Positions 1 to 9,469 of a stretch of DNA of 28,056 bases are shown piece after piece. Origin of the DNA: a virus (Duplodnaviria; Caudoviricetes); the IMG/VR virus record IMGVR_UViG_3300005526_000023, positions 1 to 28,056 of that record. One strand, 5' to 3'. How positions within the stretch are numbered: the stretch's first letter is position 1; each line of letters opens with the position of its first letter. The notes under the pieces are model-generated. The model made no database searches. It was not told where the DNA came from and worked only from the letters and a program-made list of their open reading frames with translations. The translations under genes were made by a program, and so were the position numbers.

Positions 1-567
1 GGGATCAAGAAGTACTATGCGGATAAACTTCGCACCGCGACTGCCGCCGGAGAAGATAGTGACGCCGGCGAACGGGCAGAAGCCACCGTGGCTGATCCTG
101 GCGGAGTACGAACCACCGGACGGGTCATCACCAGGATCGCAGATCCCCGTATTGAACTCGTGCTTCACCCTCGCCATCCCGACCTCGAAGGACTTGAGGA
201 AGCGGGAGATGGAGACAAGACCGAGGATGAGGGTGAGGACGCTGATGACTCGCCTCCGCCACCTCTGGTACGGGATACTACTAAGCCGTATGTGATCACC
301 CTCGCGGAGTTCAGCGAGGAGAACGAGACCTACTCGAAGATCACGCTCACCTACTTCACGACAGACGACACGCTCTGTGATGAGAGAGACGCCCCCATAA
401 GGGATACGACGATCATCGGGGTAGGTTTCGAGAATCTCTTCGGCCAGGACTCCGACGACCCGGACGTCCTGTATGTCCGTAACGACAAACTCCAGGTGGA
501 TTTCGAGATCGCCAGGAGGAACGAGTCATACACACAGACCGTTCTTGGTTACGGAAAGCCGACATGA
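1..567 (+). CDS. Acidic hypothetical phage protein, 5'-truncated
   Basis: Frame 1 is open from base 1 (GIKKYYADKL...) to TGA 565-567, which overlaps the next ATG (ATGA). GC3-rich codons. Confidence 0.75.
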   Translation, partial: GIKKYYADKLRTATAAGEDSDAGERAEATVADPGGVRTTGRVITRIADPRIELVLHPRHPDLEGLEEAGDGDKTEDEGEDADDSPPPPLVRDTTKPYVITLAEFSEENETYSKITLTYFTTDDTLCDERDAPIRDTTIIGVGFENLFGQDSDDPDVLYVRNDKLQVDFEIARRNESYTQTVLGYGKPT

Positions 568-1112
568 CCGATGACATTCAGCATGGTTACTTCGGTTACC
601 TGTATTTCCGGGTCTTCAAGATCTATGACGAGAAGTCCCCCCTCTCCTACGTGAACGTGTGCACGCTGATGCACGAGACGAGGTTCGACGACTCGCTTCC
701 GAACGACGACAACCGAGCTCGCGATGGAATACAGCTCAGGGATGAATTCATATCGACGCTGAAGAGCATCGTTGTGGAGGATTACACTGAGCTGCAAAGC
801 CTTGGGCAGTGCTCGATATTCGAGATGCTCATCGCTCTCGCTTACCGGGCGGATTACCTGGTCGAGAACGGTATCGAGTGGTGGTTCAGGGAGTTCATCG
901 ACAACCTTGACCTTGCCAAGTACAACGATAGAGACTACGTCCCGCGATCCGGGATTAGAATCAACAGGATCCTCAACAACTTCAACAACCGCCGTTATTC
1001 CAGAAACGGAAAGGGCGGGATCTTCCCTCTACAGAGAGCTAAGAAGGATCAGCGTACCCTCGAGTTGTGGTACCAGATGCATGCTTACATGACGGAACGT
1101 CAGATGTATTAG
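564..1112 (+). CDS. Hypothetical phage protein (182 aa)
   Basis: ATGA coupling to the upstream gene, phage-like codon usage, located directly before the replicase gene. Confidence 0.8.
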   Translation: MTDDIQHGYFGYLYFRVFKIYDEKSPLSYVNVCTLMHETRFDDSLPNDDNRARDGIQLRDEFISTLKSIVVEDYTELQSLGQCSIFEMLIALAYRADYLVENGIEWWFREFIDNLDLAKYNDRDYVPRSGIRINRILNNFNNRRYSRNGKGGIFPLQRAKKDQRTLELWYQMHAYMTERQMY

Positions 1113-1124
1113 GGAGGAGGATCC

Positions 1125-4100
1125 ATGGACTTTTTTCAGGTCGAACGGCGAGAGACGAAGGACGGGTTTGCGGTATATCCCAGCTGGATAGTCGATCGTT
1201 CAACAGACCTGATGATCCGAGGCGGAGCTTTTTACGCTATCTGGGACGAGTCCGCCGGCCTCTGGACCACGGATGAGTTTGCTGCCAGGCGAATTATAGA
1301 TCGTGAGATCAACGCCAGAGCGGCGGAACTCGGAGACATCACCAGTACACGGGTCATGACACTCGGGCGGTACAAGAGCAATACCTGGCTTGAGTTCAGA
1401 AGATACTGTGCCAACATGCCGGACACGCATGTCACGCTTGACAGTAACCTGGCCTTCGCTAACACGCCTCCCAGGAAAGAGGACCACAGCTCGAAAAGGC
1501 TTTCATACGATCTCGAGCCTGGTCCTATCGCGGCTTATGACAAGCTGATGACCCGTCTCTTCGATCCAGAGGAGCGGCTGAAGCTGGAGTGGGCTACGGG
1601 AGCGATAATCGCGGGTGACGCTAAGTATATCCAGAAGTTCATCGTTCTCTACGGAGAAGCAGGGACAGGCAAGTCGACGTTCCTGCACATCCTCGAGCAG
1701 CTCTTCGACGGGTACTGGGCGGTGTTCGATGCCCGAGCTCTTACGGGGACGAACAACAGCGGGAACATATTCGCCTCGGAAGCTTTCAGGACCAACCCAC
1801 TCGTGGCTATTCAGCACGACGGGGATTTGTCGAGGATCACGGATAACACCATTCTTAGCACGATCATCTCCCACGAGCCGATGGTCATGAACGAGAAGTA
1901 CAAAAGTCTCTACATGGCACAGATCCAGGCATTTCTCTTTATCGGGACGAACCAGTCGGTAAGGATCACTGACGCCAAGTCCGGGCTTATCCGCCGGCTG
2001 ATCGACGTCAACCCGACCGGCGAACTATTCCCCCCGGCGGAATACAACGCACTGATCAGCCAGATTCAGTTCGAGCTCGGGGCGATCGCAAGTCACTGCC
2101 TGGATGTCTACCGGAAGACCGGGAAGAACTTCTACACCGGTTACCGGCCGACCGACATGATCATCAGGACGGACATCTTCTACAACTTCCTCCTGTCGAG
2201 TTTTGACATGCTCAAGGAGCGGAACGGCATAACCCTCAAGGAAGCCTGGGGGCTTTACAAGATCTACTGTGCCGAATCCGGATTCGAGCGCATGATGAAC
2301 ATGCACAGGTTCCGGGACGAACTCAGGAACTACTTTGACGAGTTTCATCCGAAGACCCGAGTCGACGGGATCGAGGTAAGAAGTCTCTTCCGGGGGTTCC
2401 AGACTCAGAAGCTCACCTATCTTAGGCTCCCTGAGCCGGAGGTGCCATCGCTTGTCATGGACGAGACGACCTCTCTACTTGACGAGATGCTGGCGGATTG
2501 CCCGGCTCAGTACGCGAATAAGGACGGGACCCCGCTCAAGAAGTGGGCGAATGTCAGGACGACTCTTGCAGGCCTCGATACAACGAAGCTGCATTACGTC
2601 AAGCCTCCTGGACAGCACATCGTCATCGACTTTGACCTGACGGGAGATGATGGCCAGAAGAGCCTAGAAAGGAACCTTGAAGCCGCAAGCGGATGGCCGC
2701 CAACGTACGCCGAGTACAGCCAGAGCGGATCAGGCATCCACCTGCATTACATTTACACAGGAGATGTTACCAAGCTCAGCCGCGTATTCGATGTCGGGAT
2801 AGAAGTTAAGATATTCTCCGGCGACGCTTCCCTGCGCCGTAGCCTGTCGAAGTGCAACAACATCCCGGTAGCTACGATATCTAGCGGTCTTCCCTTGAAG
2901 GAGAAGCGCATGATTGACTCTGACACAGTGCAGAGCGAAAGAGGCCTCAGAAACCTGATCCTGAGGAACCTCCACAAGGAGATACACCCGGGGACCAAAC
3001 CGAGTATCGACTTCATCTACAAGATCCTCGAGGACGCCTATAACTCTGGGCTTCCTTATGACGTCACGGACATGCGGCCAAGGATTCTTGCCTTCGCGAA
3101 CAACTCGACTAACCAGCCGGAGTACTGCATTCGCAAGGTCATCGACATGAAGTTCTCCTCGGAAGCTGAGCTGCCGCCGGCTCCCGAGCCACAGGATGAC
3201 AGGTACGTCTTTTACGATCTTGAGGTGTTCCCTAACCTCTTCGTCTGCTGCTGGAAGTTCCGCGGCAGTGACAACGTCGTGAAGATGATCAACCCGAGTT
3301 CCGTGGAGATGGAAGAGCTCGCACGGATGAACCTCATCGGTTACAACAACCGGCGATACGACAACCACATCATCTATGCCCGGATCATGGGGTACAGCGA
3401 GCTCGACCTCTACAAGCTCAGTCAGAGGATCGTCAAGGGAGAGGGTGGAGCATTCTTCGGGGACGCTTACAACCTCTCCTTTGCCGACATCTTCGACTTC
3501 TCCAGCGAGAAGAAGAGCCTCAAGCGGTTCCAGATCGACCTCGGGCTGAATCACCGGGAACTGGGACTCCCCTGGGATGAGCCAGTTGACCCCTCCCTCT
3601 GGGATCACGTAGCCAATTACTGCGCCAACGACGTCATCACGGAAGAGCAGGTCTTCGAGGATCGCATTCAGGATTTCCGAGCGCGGCAGATGCTCGCGGC
3701 ACTGAGCGGTCTTACGGTGAACGACACCACCCAGCGGCACACCGCGAAGATCATCTTCGGGGACGTCAAGAACCCCCAGGCCGATTTCATCTACACAGAC
3801 TTGTCCGGGGAGTTCCCGGGCTACGTCTACGACTTCGGCAAGAGCATCTACAAGGCAGAGATCGTCGGGGAGGGCGGTTACGTCTATGCAGAACCAGGTA
3901 TGTACTCTGATGTCGCGGTGCTCGACGTGGCCTCAATGCACCCGACCTCGATCACAGTGCTGGATCTATTCGGCCCTTACACTCCACGTTTCACGGCTCT
4001 CACTGAAGCGCGACTCGCCATCAAACGCGGTGACTATAACACTGCGGGGCGGCTTCTGGACGGCAAACTCAAGCCTTACCTCGGATCAAGTGAGGATGCT

Positions 4101-4835
4101 GCAGCGCTTGCATACGCGCTCAAGATCATTATCAACATCGTCTACGGCCTGACGTCGGCGAACTTCGACAACCCGTTCAGGGACCTGCGGAACAAGGACA
4201 ACATCGTCGCCAAACGCGGTGCCCTGTTCATGATCGACCTGAAGAACGCGGTCCAGGCGCAGGGTTTCCAGGTCGTTCACATCAAGACCGACTCGATCAA
4301 GATCCCTGGTGCGGATCTCCCCATCATCGAGTTCGTGAAGCAGTTCGGCAAGGACTACGGATACACCTTCGAGCACGAGGTTACGTACGAGAAATTCTGC
4401 CTCGTGAACGATGCCGTCTACATCGCGAAGACGAACACCGGGATCTGGACGGCAACCGGTGCGCAGTTCTCGCATCCGTATGTCTTCAAGACTCTGTTCA
4501 ACCACGAGCCGCTCGTGTTCCTCGATTACTGCGAGACCCGCAGTGTCGTTGGCGCGGCGCTCTACCTGGACTTCGGCGACGGTCCTCAGTTCGTGGGCAG
4601 TGCCGGCAGTTTCGTGCCGGTCAAGGAAGGAACGGGCGGCGGCAAACTGCTCCGGGGAAAGGACGGAGTATTCCATGCGGCTTCCGGAAGCAAGGGATAC
4701 TTGTGGAAGGAAGCAGCCACAGTCTTCGATCTCTCGCTGGAAGACGACATCGACATGAGCTACTTCAGGAAGCTCGTGGACGACGCCGTCAAGAGCATCT
4801 CCAAGTTCGGCGACTTCGAATGGTTCACTAGTTAG
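1125..4835 (+). CDS. Fused SF3 helicase / AEP-type primase / 3'-5' exonuclease / family B DNA polymerase
   Basis: SD GGAGGAGG. Walker A GEAGTGKS. Primase-like motifs VIDFD and SQSGSGIHLHY. Exo I/II/III motifs YDLEVF, YNNRRYD, YCANDV. PolB-like motifs DVASMHP, KIIINIVYG, IKTDS. Confidence 0.9.
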   Translation: MDFFQVERRETKDGFAVYPSWIVDRSTDLMIRGGAFYAIWDESAGLWTTDEFAARRIIDREINARAAELGDITSTRVMTLGRYKSNTWLEFRRYCANMPDTHVTLDSNLAFANTPPRKEDHSSKRLSYDLEPGPIAAYDKLMTRLFDPEERLKLEWATGAIIAGDAKYIQKFIVLYGEAGTGKSTFLHILEQLFDGYWAVFDARALTGTNNSGNIFASEAFRTNPLVAIQHDGDLSRITDNTILSTIISHEPMVMNEKYKSLYMAQIQAFLFIGTNQSVRITDAKSGLIRRLIDVNPTGELFPPAEYNALISQIQFELGAIASHCLDVYRKTGKNFYTGYRPTDMIIRTDIFYNFLLSSFDMLKERNGITLKEAWGLYKIYCAESGFERMMNMHRFRDELRNYFDEFHPKTRVDGIEVRSLFRGFQTQKLTYLRLPEPEVPSLVMDETTSLLDEMLADCPAQYANKDGTPLKKWANVRTTLAGLDTTKLHYVKPPGQHIVIDFDLTGDDGQKSLERNLEAASGWPPTYAEYSQSGSGIHLHYIYTGDVTKLSRVFDVGIEVKIFSGDASLRRSLSKCNNIPVATISSGLPLKEKRMIDSDTVQSERGLRNLILRNLHKEIHPGTKPSIDFIYKILEDAYNSGLPYDVTDMRPRILAFANNSTNQPEYCIRKVIDMKFSSEAELPPAPEPQDDRYVFYDLEVFPNLFVCCWKFRGSDNVVKMINPSSVEMEELARMNLIGYNNRRYDNHIIYARIMGYSELDLYKLSQRIVKGEGGAFFGDAYNLSFADIFDFSSEKKSLKRFQIDLGLNHRELGLPWDEPVDPSLWDHVANYCANDVITEEQVFEDRIQDFRARQMLAALSGLTVNDTTQRHTAKIIFGDVKNPQADFIYTDLSGEFPGYVYDFGKSIYKAEIVGEGGYVYAEPGMYSDVAVLDVASMHPTSITVLDLFGPYTPRFTALTEARLAIKRGDYNTAGRLLDGKLKPYLGSSEDAAALAYALKIIINIVYGLTSANFDNPFRDLRNKDNIVAKRGALFMIDLKNAVQAQGFQVVHIKTDSIKIPGADLPIIEFVKQFGKDYGYTFEHEVTYEKFCLVNDAVYIAKTNTGIWTATGAQFSHPYVFKTLFNHEPLVFLDYCETRSVVGAALYLDFGDGPQFVGSAGSFVPVKEGTGGGKLLRGKDGVFHAASGSKGYLWKEAATVFDLSLEDDIDMSYFRKLVDDAVKSISKFGDFEWFTS

Positions 4836-4842
4836 GAAAGCA

Positions 4843-5115
4843 ATGGCGGATCTCGAACACGCGTCGGAAAACGACAACGATCTCGTCGGTGACCAGGATG
4901 CCATGCATTGGGCGGAGAGGTTTGACAGCCATTTCACAGTCCAGCGCAAGAACGGCGAGTCCGTCGACACGCTCGGCTTGATGCTCGCTTGGTTTGCGGG
5001 AGCAATCGAGACTGGCAAGATGCATGATTGGGGGTCGATCGTCGCTTACAAGGCCTTCGGCAGCATCTACGATCCGAAGGATGTCACCATCGTCCGCGCA
5101 CAACGACCGGAATAG
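4843..5115 (+). CDS. Hypothetical protein (90 aa)
   Basis: AGGA SD, tight packing after the polymerase gene. Confidence 0.7.
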   Translation: MADLEHASENDNDLVGDQDAMHWAERFDSHFTVQRKNGESVDTLGLMLAWFAGAIETGKMHDWGSIVAYKAFGSIYDPKDVTIVRAQRPE

Positions 5116-5124
5116 CGAGGAAAC

Positions 5125-5451
5125 ATGCCCGATCTCAAGCTCATCGAGACCGCCAAGCGCCACGTCTTCGAGTACGCCATGAGACACCTCGACAAGACGG
5201 ACGAGCTCGAGAACTTCACCATCGAGAGCGTCTACGTGGTCTGGTTCTGCCGGACTCTTCAGAACTGGAAGGCGCTCGTCAGCACCGATCTCCTCGACGG
5301 AACCTACTACGAGGTCACGTTCGACGGAGCAACCGGATCGATCTATCTCGACGTCTACAAGAAGTTCGACAACGTAGAGATCGTCAACACCGAAGGCGAT
5401 CCGCTCACCAACCTGGAGGCCCTCCGGAAGGACTGGGCTAAAGCCGAGTAA
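5125..5451 (+). CDS. DUF6275-like phage protein
   Basis: VYVVWFCRTLQNWKALVST...YYEVTFDG...IYLDVYKKFDN matches my recollection of this family. SD GAGGA. Confidence 0.75.
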   Translation: MPDLKLIETAKRHVFEYAMRHLDKTDELENFTIESVYVVWFCRTLQNWKALVSTDLLDGTYYEVTFDGATGSIYLDVYKKFDNVEIVNTEGDPLTNLEALRKDWAKAE

Positions 5452-5462
5452 CAGGAGCAGTT

Positions 5463-5765
5463 ATGGACGAACACCTACATGTCACGGGAGACGCACCGGA
5501 CATACCGAAGCAGCCAACGGCAGCCGATCGGAGACGAGTTCCCCTGACAGTGTATATCGGGGGGATCAAGAGGATCGTCGGATACGCAGAGGTCGAGGGC
5601 GACCAGATCAATGCGTACATAGACCCGAAGGCGGACATCGGTCAGATCCTTGTCGACCTTGTGACAGATGGGGTTATCCAGACTGTCTCTGTCGCTTTCA
5701 ACGCACCTCCGGCGACTCCCGTCATCGAAGACGGGGGCCGCGTCATCTGGCGCAAGAACTATTAG
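5463..5765 (+). CDS. Hypothetical protein (100 aa)
   Basis: SD AGGAG, tight operon packing. Confidence 0.75.
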   Translation: MDEHLHVTGDAPDIPKQPTAADRRRVPLTVYIGGIKRIVGYAEVEGDQINAYIDPKADIGQILVDLVTDGVIQTVSVAFNAPPATPVIEDGGRVIWRKNY

Positions 5766-5774
5766 GAGAGAACT

Positions 5775-6125
5775 ATGGCGTCCACACCGGACGATGACAA
5801 GAAGGACACCCTGATCCTCCCCGAGGTCGGGCCTATCCCCGACGACCCGATCGCGAGCACCAGGCACGAACGGGCCATGCCGGCAATGACCGACATCCTG
5901 GAGGAGAACCGTTCCGCGGTAACGGAACTGACCTCGTACGACCGGGTCATGACCTTCATCAGGGCCCAGGGCGCGTTCATCCGGGCACAGAGCTATTTCC
6001 TCGAGGTGGGCCGGAATCAGACGGACGACAAGGATTACATCCAGCACCTCACCGGCTTCGCCTCCGCCCAGGCCGAGCTCATCCGGGCGCAGCAGGACTT
6101 CCTGAAGATGTTCGGGGCGATGTGA
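5775..6125 (+). CDS. Hypothetical protein (116 aa) with internal IRAQ repeats
   Basis: SD AGGAG. IRAQ occurs three times. Stop overlaps the next start. Confidence 0.75.
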   Translation: MASTPDDDKKDTLILPEVGPIPDDPIASTRHERAMPAMTDILEENRSAVTELTSYDRVMTFIRAQGAFIRAQSYFLEVGRNQTDDKDYIQHLTGFASAQAELIRAQQDFLKMFGAM

Positions 6126-6700
6126 TGCCTGCAAGAACCAGGGACAGGCCGGCTCCGACCGAGGAGTACCTGAAGCCCATCACCTTCGAGGACGTCCGGA
6201 TCATCTTCCGCAACTTCAGCGGCAAGCCCGGGCGTTTCAACGCTGAGGGTGACCGGAACTTCTGCTTCCTGCTGGATGACGAACTCGCCGAGGCCATGAA
6301 GGCTGACGGTTTCAACATCCGGGAACTGAAGCCCAGGGTCGAGGGAGAAGCACCGCAGCCGATCCTCGAGGTAAAGGTCAAGTACAAGAAGCGGGACGGA
6401 ACCCGGACGATGCCCCCGCGGGTCGTGCTGATCACCAGCCGCGGCAAGACCAACCTCGACGAGGACATGGTCTCAGTCATCGACTACGCGCAGATCACGT
6501 ACGTCGACCTGATCATCAACCCCCGGCGGTACAACGTCGGAGGCAGGGAAGGCATCTCGGCTTACCTCAAATCGATTTACGTCACGATCGCCGAGGACGA
6601 GCTTGAGCTGAAGTACATCGACACTCCGGACAGCGGCGTCCCAGACAGCGCCATAAACACGATGGGAAGGGAAAGAGAAGTGGAGGAGGTAATAGCTTAG
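6125..6700 (+). CDS. Putative single-stranded DNA-binding protein
   Basis: IIFRNFSGKPGRFNAEGDRNF...VDLIINP...SAYLKSIYVTI pattern with an acidic C-terminus, within the replication module. Start could be GTG 6122 or ATG 6125. Confidence 0.65.
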   Translation: MPARTRDRPAPTEEYLKPITFEDVRIIFRNFSGKPGRFNAEGDRNFCFLLDDELAEAMKADGFNIRELKPRVEGEAPQPILEVKVKYKKRDGTRTMPPRVVLITSRGKTNLDEDMVSVIDYAQITYVDLIINPRRYNVGGREGISAYLKSIYVTIAEDELELKYIDTPDSGVPDSAINTMGREREVEEVIA

Positions 6701-6979
6701 ATGGCCAGCTCCAGGCAGTTTGTCGTGACACCCGACATGCCACCACGAGAGCTGCGATCCGTCTGGAGCAAAGCGGTTGACTACGCGAAAGCGAACCCCG
6801 GAGCGATCGCCACGATCGAGTTCGCGTTCGGAACGTACCCGCTGCCATCCAGCGGTGCAGTAGCTTACGAGACCGGCACGGTACTCAAAGTCGGTCCACC
6901 CGGGGCCAGGGTCACCATCATGTACCTTGACAGCGCGGGCCTGTCCGTGACCACGACTTCGCAGAAGCGGTCAGCTTAA
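6701..6979 (+). CDS. Hypothetical protein (92 aa)
   Basis: GGAGGAGGT SD upstream, abuts the previous stop. Confidence 0.7.
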   Translation: MASSRQFVVTPDMPPRELRSVWSKAVDYAKANPGAIATIEFAFGTYPLPSSGAVAYETGTVLKVGPPGARVTIMYLDSAGLSVTTTSQKRSA

Positions 6980-7028
6980 GGAGGTGGTGCCTAGACGCAG
7001 GGACATATACCTCATCGTCGCAGTTGGA

Positions 7029-7078
7029 GGAGAGGGGCGGGTCATTCTCTACGGGATCACCCGTGCCCGCCTCTCTCT
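7029..7078 (+). terminator. Intergenic GC-rich stem-loop (terminator or processing site)
   Basis: GAGAGGGGCGGGT (7030-7042) pairs with GCCCGCCTCTCTC (7065-7077) including G-U pairs. Inner ACGGG-ATCA-CCCGT hairpin. No U-tract. Confidence 0.5.
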
Positions 7079-7090
7079 AGGATAGGGGTA

Positions 7091-7447
7091 ATGATGCTAT
7101 TCCGACCGCCTTATAACGCCCTGTTCGAGGTCGACGAAGCTATCCCGCGGGGAACGATAACCCATCTCGATCAGTGGTTCGGTCCTGACGTGAAACTGAG
7201 CCTTGAGAGACTGCTGGTCCTCTTCGCTCTCAACCGGTACATCGAGCAAGGGTTGTTCAACGGACCCGGCATGTACCTGCTTCACCTGAGCCGGCGCCGG
7301 GGCGTGCGGGTCATCGGCCATCTTTTCAAATTCCCCCCGGACGCGGATCTCGACCGGATCACCAGGTTCCTCGCGGTAATCGGCGTCAATCTAGAACTAG
7401 AAGGAGAAGACTATGGCCCTCCGGCCTTCAACCCACGACACAACTGA
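7091..7447 (+). CDS. Hypothetical protein (118 aa)
   Basis: ORF after the hairpin with an AGGGG SD. Its 3' end overlaps the next gene by 35 nt. Confidence 0.65.
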   Translation: MMLFRPPYNALFEVDEAIPRGTITHLDQWFGPDVKLSLERLLVLFALNRYIEQGLFNGPGMYLLHLSRRRGVRVIGHLFKFPPDADLDRITRFLAVIGVNLELEGEDYGPPAFNPRHN

Positions 7448-7646
7448 CCTCCCGGCGGGGATGGAAGAGCTCGCCGAGCAGTGGCGGGAACAGTTCTTCA
7501 AGACATCCCCCCAGGTCGCGGACCTGAAGAGGAAGGTGATCGTTTACCGCCGGCAGCGGAATTTCCTCGTCACCGTCCTGGCTACTATTGCCGGCGCCTA
7601 CGTCAAGCGGGTCATGGACGGGCAGGTGAAGCATGCCGTCCGCTGA
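7413..7646 (+). CDS. Small protein with a hydrophobic C-terminal segment
   Basis: Strong SD GAAGGAG, segment FLVTVLATIAGAYV. Confidence 0.7.
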   Translation: MALRPSTHDTTDLPAGMEELAEQWREQFFKTSPQVADLKRKVIVYRRQRNFLVTVLATIAGAYVKRVMDGQVKHAVR

Positions 7647-8112
7647 AGCCTCAGTCGTCATCGGTCGCATCGCCGATATCTACATGACCTCAGGTCTCGC
7701 CACGGACGAAGACGGGAACTACGAGGGCTTCGTCACCATCTCGTGCCAGGACACCGCCGGTAACATCTTCACCGGCCAGGCTGACCCTGACGAGGTTCGC
7801 ACGATGGCCCTGCGCTGGCTGGAAGCAGCCGAGGCCGCGGACCAGGACTGCATCGTGATGACCATGTTGACCCGGGACCTGGACATTCCGCCAGAGCATG
7901 CCGCCGGCTTCATCAGGGCTATGCGTAGCGAACGCGAGCCCGATGAGACCAACGAGACCATCGAGACTGCTCTTGGAGAGCACTACGAGAAGGCAGGAGA
8001 CAATGGACAGGGAACTCAAAAAGAAGGTCATGATCCGGATGAGCCTGTGGATCCTGCTCAAGATCGTCCTGACGGTGGGGATACTCCGCCTGATGAGGAG
8101 ACTCCAGGCTAG
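7633..8112 (+). CDS. Hypothetical protein (159 aa)
   Basis: AGGTG SD, GC3-rich codons. The acidic tail overlaps ORF 8003-8197. Confidence 0.65.
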   Translation: MPSAEASVVIGRIADIYMTSGLATDEDGNYEGFVTISCQDTAGNIFTGQADPDEVRTMALRWLEAAEAADQDCIVMTMLTRDLDIPPEHAAGFIRAMRSEREPDETNETIETALGEHYEKAGDNGQGTQKEGHDPDEPVDPAQDRPDGGDTPPDEETPG

Positions 8113-8197
8113 AGAGGACAGGGAGTGGCATGCCGCTGACGCTGATGCCGCATCAGGAGAAAGCCCTCCTGAAGCTACGCAACGGCAACATCCTTAA
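8003..8197 (+). CDS. Small overlapping single-TM membrane protein (MDRELKKKVMIRMSLWILLKIVLTVGILRL...)
   Basis: SD GCAGGAG just before ATG 8003. Basic N-terminus followed by a hydrophobic helix. Confidence 0.5.
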   Translation: MDRELKKKVMIRMSLWILLKIVLTVGILRLMRRLQAREDREWHAADADAASGESPPEATQRQHP

Positions 8198-9419
8198 GGG
8201 ACCTGTCGGCAGCGGTAAGACCATCACGGCCCTGACCTACTACAACGACATCGAGACCGTCGAGCGGCTGATAGTCATCACGACGGCGAAGAAAAGAGAC
8301 TCCGGGGACTGGCAGGCTGAGGCGCGGCTCCTCGGCCTGTTCCCCGAGGTCGACTCCTGGCATAACATCAAGTCGTACGAGGACATCGAGGACGCGTTCT
8401 TCATCTTCGACGAGCAGAGGATCGTGGGGTCTGGCGCATGGGTGAAGTCCTTCCTGAAGATCACGAAGAACAACAACTGGATCTTGCTGAGCGCGACGCC
8501 CGGGGATACCTGGATGGACTATATCCCCGTCTTCCTGGCGAACGGCTTCTACAGGTCGAGAACGGAATTCCTGCGGGAGCATGTCGTCTTCGCGCCCTTT
8601 GTGAAGTACCCGAAGGTGGAGCGGTTTATCTCCACGGGTGTGCTGGCACGCCATCTCCGGGACATCCTTGTAGAAATGCCGTATGAGAAGCACACCGTCC
8701 GGCACGAGATAGACGTCTATGCCGACTACGACAAGGAGAGGTACGATCAGGTATGGCGGAAGAGATGGAACTACCTGGAGAACAAGCCAATCCAGCACGT
8801 CTCGCAGTTGTTCTCTTTGACACGGAGAGCAGTCAACACTTCATCGTCGAGAGTGGAGCGAATCCGCGAGCTGTTGACGAAGCATCCGCGCATGATTATC
8901 TTCTACAACTTCGACTACGAGCTCGAGATCCTGAGAGCGTTGTCTGCGGATGTGAATTCATCGGCCGGTCCGGAACCATCGACGAAGGAGCCGACGTGGC
9001 CGCCGTGGGAGACCGGACCGACTGGCGGAAATTCTGGCTCGATCACAGCAACTGCGGAGGAGAGTGGAAGTACATCGAGCTCCTCGCCGGCGTCGTTTGC
9101 ACTTGCCGAATGGAACGGCCACAAGCACGAGCCAATCCCGGACACTGACAGCTGGGTCTACCTCGTCCAGTACGCTGCCGGCGCTGAAGGGTGGAACTGC
9201 ACCGAGACTGATACGGTCGTTTTCTACTCGCTCAGCTACTCCTACCGTCAGACCGAGCAAGCCAAGGGAAGGATCGACCGTCTGGATACGCCCTTCACCG
9301 ATCTCTGGTACTACGTCATTTCTTCAGCTGCTCCGATAGACCGAGCCATAGCTGCGACGCTTTCGCGGAAGGAGAATTTCAACGAGCTGAAGTGGCTTAG
9401 GAGCATGACGACGGTTTAA
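8130..9419 (+). CDS. SF2 (SNF2/DEAD-like) DNA helicase
   Basis: Q-motif PHQ, Walker A GPVGSGKT, Walker B IFDEQ, motif III SAT, AGAEGWN, QAKGRIDR. Confidence 0.9.
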   Translation: MPLTLMPHQEKALLKLRNGNILKGPVGSGKTITALTYYNDIETVERLIVITTAKKRDSGDWQAEARLLGLFPEVDSWHNIKSYEDIEDAFFIFDEQRIVGSGAWVKSFLKITKNNNWILLSATPGDTWMDYIPVFLANGFYRSRTEFLREHVVFAPFVKYPKVERFISTGVLARHLRDILVEMPYEKHTVRHEIDVYADYDKERYDQVWRKRWNYLENKPIQHVSQLFSLTRRAVNTSSSRVERIRELLTKHPRMIIFYNFDYELEILRALSADVNSSAGPEPSTKEPTWPPWETGPTGGNSGSITATAEESGSTSSSSPASFALAEWNGHKHEPIPDTDSWVYLVQYAAGAEGWNCTETDTVVFYSLSYSYRQTEQAKGRIDRLDTPFTDLWYYVISSAAPIDRAIAATLSRKENFNELKWLRSMTTV

Positions 9420-9469
9420 TGTCGCGACCGCCAGAGGACGTCTCAGCCGTTTACGCAGGTCAACGGACA

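Noticed and set aside
4843-4866. LEH-A at the N-terminus of the 90-aa ORF as another L-x-H site
   Set aside because: Lacks the following [YF]G...WG context and sits in an early gene. A 3-residue motif occurs often by chance.
6987-7085. 32-aa ORF (MPRRRDIYLIVAVGG...) after a perfect TAAGGAGGT
   Set aside because: The GTG is only 1-2 nt from the SD and the ORF runs through a strong hairpin. Not supportable, although the orphan SD remains unexplained.
8937-9110. Intein or self-splicing intron in the helicase
   Set aside because: Too short, with no C-terminal HN-[CST] intein motif or recognisable intron core.
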